The notes beneath the pieces are model-generated. The model was given only the letters and a program-made list of their open reading frames with translations. It made no database searches and was not told the origin of the DNA. Position numbers and translations under genes: made by a program. From IMG/VR virus record IMGVR_UViG_3300035698_007246, positions 124,001-188,000 of that record: a DNA stretch of 64,000 bases; one strand, 5' to 3'. Below are positions 18,338 through 23,605 of the stretch, in pieces; within the stretch, counting starts at the first letter, position 1, and the number at the start of each line of letters is the position of its first letter.

Positions 18338-18639
18338 TATTTATTCCTTTCAAACACTGGGGATGTCATTTCGTGTACTTCACGACTAATCTCAGATTTA
18401 CGTTTAGCGTTCTTAAATTTAGGTATAGCAACAGTAGCCAATATACCAATAATGACAATCAATATCATTAATTCTAATAAAGTGAAACCACCCGAAGGGC
18501 AATTATCATTAAACATTTTTTTATCATCGTCACTGTAACAATCTGGTTCCGATTCAGGCTCTTCATACATCAATGGTCTTCTTGAAGATTGATTATGAGT
18601 TTTTTTTGGTTCATCAAAATAGTCATCGTACACACTCAT
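18337..18639 (-). CDS. type IV pilin/pseudopilin-like protein
   Basis: GFTLLELMILIVIIGILATVAIPKF prepilin N-methyl-Phe motif. Confidence 0.75.
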   Translation of the reverse strand: MSVYDDYFDEPKKTHNQSSRRPLMYEEPESEPDCYSDDDKKMFNDNCPSGGFTLLELMILIVIIGILATVAIPKFKNAKRKSEISREVHEMTSPVFERNK

Positions 18640-18653
18640 CTCCTTTGAAAAAA

Positions 18654-18710
18654 TGGAGCACAGGGAGGGATTTAACCCCCGACTAAAGAGTTAACAGCTC
18701 TTACCCATGC
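18654..18710 (-). tRNA. D-armless tRNA-Asn(GTT)-like
   Basis: GCATGGG/CCTGTGC-T-CCA, 1-nt connector, AAGAG-CTGTTAA-CTCTT, T arm with 6-nt loop. Confidence 0.6.
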
Positions 18711-18718
18711 ATTGTATT

Positions 18719-18795
18719 TGGCTGGCGGTCTGGGGTTCGAACCCAGATACACTTGTTTAACAGACAAGCCGATTACCAACATCTCGCAACCACCA
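18719..18795 (-). tRNA. tRNA-Asn(GTT)
   Basis: Cloverleaf, G73, CCA, loop CTGTTAA. Confidence 0.88.
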
Positions 18796-18801
18796 ATATA
18801 A

Positions 18802-18947
18802 AAAAAGAAGTAAACAAATTGATATTACCATTTGGTAGAAAATGTAAGATTTGAACTTACACATATTGCTTTTGAGGCAATTGCTCAACCATTGAGCTTA
18901 TTTTCCGATAGGAAATTTGCTGTAATCAATCTTCATTACTTCTTTTT
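18802..18947 (-). ncRNA. clamp element C enclosing an intact tRNA
   Basis: 12-bp P1 AAAAAGAAGTAA/TTACTTCTTTTT plus clamp consensus. Confidence 0.78.
18833..18906 (-). tRNA. tRNA with CAA anticodon and short variable loop (type I)
   Basis: GGAAAAT/ATTTTCT-A-CCA; ATTGC-CTCAAAA-GCAAT; 4-nt variable loop. Confidence 0.8.
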
Positions 18948-19228
18948 ATTTCTAAATATTTCTTTCTGATATTTTTATCATCACAATCATACATACCCAC
19001 CAAAAAATTTAAAGCTGGATATTTTTCAAAGTCTAAACTAAATCCAACCCATCGAGAGCCTTTTTGTGGTTTAATTCTTTCAGTGACACATTCTTGTCCC
19101 CATTTATCAACAACTTCAATTTTTGTTTTTTTGGATATTCCTTTTACAAAAACTGAAAAGTCATGAAGATAATGACACGTATCTAAAAACTCATCATATT
19201 CTTTTTGATTATCAAATATTATTTTCAT
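18926..19228 (-). CDS. hypothetical protein
   Basis: Follows early promoter; stop TGA inside clamp C. Confidence 0.6.
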   Translation of the reverse strand: MKIIFDNQKEYDEFLDTCHYLHDFSVFVKGISKKTKIEVVDKWGQECVTERIKPQKGSRWVGFSLDFEKYPALNFLVGMYDCDDKNIRKKYLEIKRSNED

Positions 19229-19234
19229 ATATCT

Positions 19235-19262
19235 AATATAATAAATTTTAAATGAAAGTCAA
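19235..19262 (-). promoter_or_regulatory. sigma70-like early promoter
   Basis: TTGACT-16-TATATT. Confidence 0.7.
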
Positions 19263-19271
19263 TAGTTAAAA

Positions 19272-19311
19272 TTATTTCTCCCAGAAAATAGAGGTATTCT
19301 GGGAGAAATAA
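19272..19311. terminator. inverted repeat/terminator-like hairpin
   Basis: TTATTTCTCCCAGAA...TTCTGGGAGAAATAA. Confidence 0.55.
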
Positions 19312-19357
19312 TCACAAATAACAACATTAACCAAAAAAAAGGATTGTTTTGAATTAG

Positions 19358-19491
19358 ACCGGAGATAATGACCATTATACGACATCACCATAGAATATAT
19401 GTGTTATCTACTAAATACCACAGATAAGCCCCAACATCATTAGTAGTGATATAGGAAAGGTGCGATTGGATTCGAACCAATATCCTCCAGT
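19358..19491 (-). ncRNA. permuted tRNA-like halves without anticodon loop
   Basis: 3' half (CTGGAG-GAT-ATTGG-TTCGAAT-CCAAT-CGCACC) precedes 5' half (GGTGATG-TC-GTATAATGGTCATTAT-CTCCGG). Confidence 0.55.
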
Positions 19492-19495
19492 TGTA

Positions 19496-19570
19496 TGGTA
19501 GCGGAATGCCAGAGTTTAACTAACTTCCACATGGTTATGAGCCATGTTGAGATACGACCTCCCACCCACA
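19496..19570 (-). tRNA. non-canonical CAT tRNA-like element
   Basis: CATGG-CTCATAA-CCATG arm, 3' CCGCT-A-CCA, D arm replaced by a tight hairpin. Confidence 0.5.
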
Positions 19571-19582
19571 GAATTTGAATTG

Positions 19583-19650
19583 TGGTCGGATATGGAGGAA
19601 TTCAACCCCCCTATAGTATACATGTCTACTATCTCACAACCTGATATCCG
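19583..19650 (-). ncRNA. D-armless tRNA-like element with CCA end
   Basis: CGGATAT/ATATCCG-A-CCA, T arm GGGGG-TTGAATT-CCTCC, 8-nt loop GACATGTA. Confidence 0.55.
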
Positions 19651-19659
19651 AGAATTTTT

Positions 19660-19830
19660 GTAGATGAGTTAGGATTTGAACCCAACATGATTTGGCTCTA
19701 ACGCTTATTTACTAATAATGACATTATACAAAAATGCAGAACCCCAATATTAGCCCAAACCTCATCGTCTTGACAATTGAATGCCTTACAGATTTACTCT
19801 GTAGTGTCTACCCATTCCACCATCATCTAC
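19660..19830 (-). ncRNA. Leu-like tRNA with about 90-nt variable-arm insertion
   Basis: GTAGATGA/TCATCTAC acceptor, Leu-type D arm GTGGAATGGGTAGACAC, canonical T loop. Confidence 0.6.
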
Positions 19831-19843
19831 TTGTATTTAAAAG

Positions 19844-19917
19844 TTGCAGGGAGAGGATTCGAACCTCTGACCTCAAGGGTATGAGCCTTGCAAGCTACCA
19901 GACTGCTCCACCCTGCG
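19844..19917 (-). tRNA. initiator tRNA-fMet(CAT)
   Basis: C1:A72 mismatch, fMet-type D arm, loop CTCATAC. Confidence 0.88.
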
Positions 19918-19922
19918 ATGTA

Positions 19923-20153
19923 TTATCCTATTCCATTGACGAAACGTCTTCGCCCTTTGATTGCTTTTTGTTTTTTTGTTTCAGCGTCTTCAACAACAAC
20001 TACACAGTCAGTACAAAGACCTATTTCTTTTCTTGATAAAGGAAGTATTTCTTCACATACCCCACAATAATGAACATCTTTTATCATTTTGTCATAATAT
20101 TGAATTGGTTCATTGGGTATTCCGTAAAAATTATTCATTAACATCCCTTTCAT
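19923..20153 (-). CDS. hypothetical Zn-finger protein
   Basis: CGVC...CTDC. Confidence 0.5.
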   Translation of the reverse strand: MKGMLMNNFYGIPNEPIQYYDKMIKDVHYCGVCEEILPLSRKEIGLCTDCVVVVEDAETKKQKAIKGRRRFVNGIG

Positions 20154-20191
20154 TTTTCTTTATAATTATACTAATATTTTTAAATAAATAT

Positions 20192-20262
20192 CAGGGATAT
20201 CAGGAATTGAACCCAAATTTCGTGGACCAAAACCACGTGTCTTTCCATTAGACCATATCCCT
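20192..20262 (-). tRNA. tRNA-Gln(TTG)
   Basis: AGGGATA/TATCCCT, G73, loop TTTTGGT. Confidence 0.88.
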
Positions 20263-20266
20263 ATAA

Positions 20267-20448
20267 AGGAACAAATACAAATTGAATTTGTGATTTAAAG
20301 TCTCACAGACCTGAGTTATTTAAGCTCTCCAGCTATTTGTCTCGGATTTGAACCAAGTAAAATCAGGTGTTGCCACCAGATTTGTTAACCAGTTGTAGAT
20401 ACTTGCGTATCAGCTTTGTTTGCAGTAACCAATTTTCAATTTGCCCCT
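20267..20448 (-). ncRNA. clamp element D with T-loop/elbow-like domain
   Basis: P1 AGGGGCAAAT/ATTTGTTCCT; variant clamp; CTTGG-TTCAAAT-CCGAG. Confidence 0.68.
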
Positions 20449-20463
20449 GTAATTGTATTTATA

Positions 20464-20814
20464 TTATTTCTTTTTGATTTTATCAATTAATTTTGAATTA
20501 TCTATCATTTTATAAAACATTTCTCTTAATGATTCTGGATTTTTATCAATCAGAACATCAATCGCACGTTTTATAGTTTCTGGTCTACTACATTCATTGT
20601 CGATAAAGAATTCTTTTTTCTTTTTATCAACATAGAAATTGAATTGACCAAATCCATTCCCAGCCAAACTCCAACTCAATTCCATACCAGTGAACAATTC
20701 ATTATCATATACATCAATAGAAGCTGAATTTGGACAACTATCAAAGAATTTTCTAATACCACTTCGTTGGTTGGCACTAATATTACAACCAGTAGCACCT
20801 GTATTTTTTGACAT
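20464..20814 (-). CDS. hypothetical protein
   Basis: Start trimmed to MSKNTG (AAGGA RBS). Confidence 0.55.
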   Translation of the reverse strand: MSKNTGATGCNISANQRSGIRKFFDSCPNSASIDVYDNELFTGMELSWSLAGNGFGQFNFYVDKKKKEFFIDNECSRPETIKRAIDVLIDKNPESLREMFYKMIDNSKLIDKIKKK

Positions 20815-20836
20815 TGTTATTTTTTCCTTTTGAATT

Positions 20837-20913
20837 TGGTACTGGAGGTGGGACTTGAACCCACAGCCGTACACCGTTTAAAGATGCTGCCTATACCATT
20901 AGACCACTCCAGC
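20837..20913 (-). tRNA. tRNA with TAA anticodon and short variable loop (type I)
   Basis: GCTGGAG/CTCCAGT-A-CCA; GCATC-TTTAAAC-GGTGT; no long variable arm. Confidence 0.75.
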
Positions 20914-20928
20914 ATTTATTTTTGATTT

Positions 20929-21018
20929 TGGAGCACGTGAAGGGATTCGAACCCCCATATATCTAAATGATATCCATTGGATTTGCAGTCCACAGCCTAA
21001 CCATTCGGCAACACGTGC
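20929..21018 (-). tRNA. tRNA-Cys(GCA) with long variable arm
   Basis: GCACGTG/CACGTGC, U73, CCA; variable hairpin ATATC-ATTTA-GATAT. Confidence 0.82.
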
Positions 21019-21041
21019 CTAATTAAAATAAATTAAAAATA

Positions 21042-21130
21042 AGGAAGGACAGAGATTTGAACTCTGACGACCATTTTCATGCTCTACGCTGGTTTTCAAA
21101 ACCAGTCTCTTACCATTAGATTACCCTTCC
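21042..21130 (-). tRNA. tRNA-Ser(TGA)
   Basis: Loop TTTGAAA, long variable arm; unusual U73. Confidence 0.82.
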
Positions 21131-21142
21131 ATTATCATGTAA

Positions 21143-21207
21143 GGGTAATAGGCTGGCAATCTTATGTCGCCATTTTTGACTGACGTTCCCTTCAGACCCT
21201 ATCACCC
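21143..21207 (-). ncRNA. candidate hairpin RNA
   Basis: GGGTGATAGG/CCTATTACCC stem with inner hairpin. Confidence 0.4.
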
Positions 21208-21221
21208 GCTCCTTGAATTTA

Positions 21222-21408
21222 AAAAAGAGATACACAGATTGATGTTTTTAAAGTTTATCGTGCTCTCAGCAGACTGAGCTACCTCCCTGCTTAAACATCT
21301 CTCAAGATATCTAAGCAGGGAGGGTGGGATTCCAACCCACGACCACGGCATTATCAGTGCTTTTTAAAAGTTGTATTTTGCAGAAGTCAATCTTCCGTAT
21401 CTCTTTTT
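21222..21408 (-). ncRNA. clamp element E with circularly permuted tRNA-Ile(GAT)
   Basis: 3' half 21316-21360 precedes 5' half 21259-21288; join CG|GCA gives CGGCA-CTGATAA-TGCCG. Confidence 0.82.
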
Positions 21409-21420
21409 ATGTATTTAAAA

Positions 21421-21525
21421 GTAGTCCTCAAATTGTACTTTGCTCCCTGAGCAGTTATCCCCCATCATAGACACTCCTAAGAATGCCGATGGTGGGGGAT
21501 AACGGAATCGAACCGTTGAGTTTTG
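21421..21525 (-). ncRNA. permuted tRNA-like element with internal CCA
   Basis: AACGG-TTCGATT-CCGTT-ATCCCCC-A-CCA, hairpin linker, then GGGGGAT and TGCTC-AGG-GAGCA. Confidence 0.6.
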
Positions 21526-21629
21526 TTTGCTTTAGCTTTCCACAAGTTTGATTTAGTCACACCTGCGTAGTTTGTAATCTTTTCCATTAATCAACATTTC
21601 CTTCAATTAAGTTAAAAATACTTATTTTT

Positions 21630-21794
21630 AATAGTCTTTATGGAGTGATTTACAAATTGATATTATTCGTCGCTCTGCCAACTGAGCTACCCCTGCATAT
21701 TGAGAGCAGGGGACGAGAATCGAACTCGTGACCCACGGCTTGGAATGCTAAGATTGCTGTAATCAATCTTCAAAATCACTCTATAAAGACTATT
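21630..21794 (-). ncRNA. clamp element F with circularly permuted tRNA-Gly(TCC)
   Basis: 22-nt P1; 3' half 21705-21748 precedes 5' half 21668-21696; join ACG|GC gives ACGGC-ATTCCAA-GCCGT; U73. Confidence 0.85.
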
Positions 21795-21804
21795 GTAAAC
21801 GAAT

Positions 21805-21879
21805 TGGTACTCGGTAGGGGAATCGAACCCCTGCGATGTGGTCGAAAACCACATGTCCTTGCCGTTAGACGAACCGAGC
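21805..21879 (-). tRNA. tRNA-Glu(TTC)
   Basis: Canonical, loop TTTTCGA, CCA. Confidence 0.9.
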
Positions 21880-21884
21880 ATATA

Positions 21885-21965
21885 AGGAACACAATTTGAT
21901 TTTTAGCTACCTTTGTATTTAAAACAAATGCTTTTTTTGTTTGCTGAATTCAAACTTCAGTTCCC
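21885..21965 (-). ncRNA. clamp element G (minimal)
   Basis: Compensatory TTTGA/TCAAA; insert TTTGT-TTTAAAT-ACAAA. Confidence 0.72.
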
Positions 21966-21974
21966 ATGATTTAT

Positions 21975-22003
21975 AATATAATAAATGACATTTGAAATGT
22001 CAA
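21975..22003 (-). promoter_or_regulatory. sigma70-like early promoter
   Basis: TTGACA-17-TATATT. Confidence 0.75.
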
Positions 22004-22022
22004 TAGTTATTTTCAAAAAAAT

Positions 22023-22096
22023 ACCTTTGTTCGGACTCGAACCGAAAATCTCACGCATTAAAAGTGCGTTGCTTTAGCCAATTAAGCTACAAAGGC
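22023..22096 (-). tRNA. tRNA-Lys(TTT)
   Basis: Canonical, loop CTTTTAA. Confidence 0.9.
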
Positions 22097-22102
22097 ATAT
22101 AA

Positions 22103-22308
22103 AAGGACTCAGGCTGATATATTATATGGCTGCTCATACACAGGCTCTTTCGAGTTTCTGCCAGCGAGCAGGACATCATTCTTTCGTTTGATTTACCCCA
22201 GACACCGAAATGTCCATCTTGAACAAGACCGTAGCTCACGCCTTAGATATTGTCAACTACCTTAGAACCATTATTCATATAGACTGCTGAATTCAGCCTT
22301 CTGTCCTT
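22103..22308 (-). ncRNA. clamp element H with about 165-nt structured insert
   Basis: Compensatory GGCTGA/TCAGCC; TTCG and GAAA tetraloop hairpins. Confidence 0.7.
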
Positions 22309-22356
22309 ATGAGACTTGTTTGCAAATACGTCAAGGGAATGTTCTTCGTATTAAAA

Positions 22357-22433
22357 TGGTGGAAGTGAGGGGGATTGAACCCCTGACCTTCTGGTTGCAA
22401 ACCAGACGCTCGTCCCAACTGAGCTACACCCCC
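22357..22433 (-). tRNA. tRNA-Ala(TGC)
   Basis: G3:U70, canonical, CCA. Confidence 0.93.
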
Positions 22434-22437
22434 ATAT

Positions 22438-22530
22438 AAATCGCAACTCAGATTGATGTAAAGCGGTTAAACTTTTCAATAGTTTTGGAAACCTTTTTAG
22501 ATTGCTGAAATCAATCTTCAGTTGCGATTT
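22438..22530 (-). ncRNA. clamp element I (minimal)
   Basis: P1 AAATCGCAAC/GTTGCGATTT; insert AAACT-ATTGAAA-AGTTT. Confidence 0.75.
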
Positions 22531-22611
22531 TCTTTTTCAAAGGATTCTTCAAATAATGTATTTATTAAAATGACTACTTAAAGACTAATTTATGTACCCT
22601 ATTAACTTATA

Positions 22612-22934
22612 TAACGATGATAAATTGCCCTGTTTATAATCTACTCCATCCGATAGGTGCATAGCAGCCATAGTGTGGTCGGCACTTTCTTATGATGTCC
22701 ACACCGTGTTATGATGATTGCTCATCGACTGACACCCCAATCATATCATCGCTTATGAATTTAATAGAATTTAATGATGTCAGGAATTGAACCTCACAAC
22801 AACACATCATTAAATTCTATCGGTGTTATCCATCACCCTATTGAATTTTGCCCCGCCATACATTATCCAGAATCAAGTATGCAGGAAAAACATTCCTGTG
22901 ACCATCGCTTGTACTTTACGTGTCAGCCGGGGCA
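22612..22934 (-). ncRNA. cluster of three candidate structured RNA domains
   Basis: Closed stems at 22612-22755, 22764-22820 (T-loop hairpin), 22849-22934. Confidence 0.5.
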
Positions 22935-23104
22935 TTTAATTTATTTTCTTCATTAAATTTCTTAACTTCTTTTTCATAATTTTCACGTGACATATCATTA
23001 AATACTTTTTTATCACGACCATTTATGAATTTCTTTTGCATTAATTCGAAATGTTCTTTAGATTCTCCATATGTTCTTTCATACCATTCTGGTTTTTCAG
23101 TCAA
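22916..23104 (-). CDS. hypothetical protein
   Basis: 62 aa, non-ATG start per track. Confidence 0.45.
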   Translation of the reverse strand: MTEKPEWYERTYGESKEHFELMQKKFINGRDKKVFNDMSRENYEKEVKKFNEENKLNAPADT

Positions 23105-23210
23105 TTCTCTTATAGTGAATGATGAACATACATACCAATCGTTTTTATATATTTCCGATTGTTTGTATATTTTCTAATCCGTTTTGGTAAAATATTTTAT
23201 TTATAAAAAA

Positions 23211-23294
23211 TGGTAGACGCATAGGGACTTGAACCCTAATTTTCAACAACCAATTACGAATATACTGCTTATGAGGCAGTCTCGGTATACGTCT
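23211..23294 (-). tRNA. non-canonical tRNA(CAT): no D arm, D-loop-like variable arm
   Basis: AGACGTA/TGCGTCT-A-CCA; connector TACCGAG; ACTGC-CTCATAA-GCAGT; variable TTCGTAATTGGTTGTTGAA. Confidence 0.75.
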
Positions 23295-23314
23295 ATAAAA
23301 AACAATCCAACATA

Positions 23315-23436
23315 ATAGAAAAGACATCACAGCGACTTGGCACTGCATTTGTTATAACCTACCATACCTATTAACACTCAACATTACACACAACCATAGA
23401 TACTCAAATTAAATTGTGTGTAGGATGTCTATCTAT
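23315..23436 (-). ncRNA. candidate structured RNA
   Basis: ATAGA-TAGACATC/GATGTCT-TTTCTAT closing stem; TACACACAAT/GTTGTGTGTA arm. Confidence 0.45.
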
Positions 23437-23454
23437 TACATCGAAATGAATTAT

Positions 23455-23527
23455 GTCCACCACAACGGACTCGAACCGTAATCTTTACCCCTCCACGGGG
23501 CAACATTCTAATTGAACTAACGGTGGA
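23455..23527 (-). pseudogene. atypical His-like tRNA (C73, GTG in distorted loop)
   Basis: TCCACCG/TGGTGGA-C, T arm intact, anticodon arm extended, D loop lacks GG. Confidence 0.45.
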
Positions 23528-23533
23528 TTGAAT

Positions 23534-23605
23534 TGGAGTCGCAAAACGGAGTTGAACCGTTATCTCTTACTGAAAGTAAGAATTCGAGCATTAAACTATT
23601 GCGAC
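23534..23605 (-). tRNA. atypical tRNA, probable TTC anticodon
   Basis: GTCGCAA/TTGCGAC-T-CCA; TCTTA-CTTTCAG-TAAGA; D loop lacks GG. Confidence 0.55.

Noticed and set aside
21143-21207. SRP RNA S-domain
   Set aside because: Only a loose resemblance (GGTCTGAAGGGAAC), and the conserved CAGG/AGCA symmetric loop is absent.
21687-21881. Short ORFs overlapping tRNAs (also 13932, 19734, 23145, 26347)
   Set aside because: They are translations of tRNA or ncRNA sequence.
17118-22530. Clamp as twister, HDV/theta, pistol, preQ1 or T-box element
   Set aside because: I could not map the diagnostic cores of these families by eye, so this is left open for cmscan.
23534-23605. Opal suppressor (TCA) reading of the atypical tRNA
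   Set aside because: A TCA-centred 7-nt loop breaks the stem, and the paired register gives CTTTCAG (TTC).
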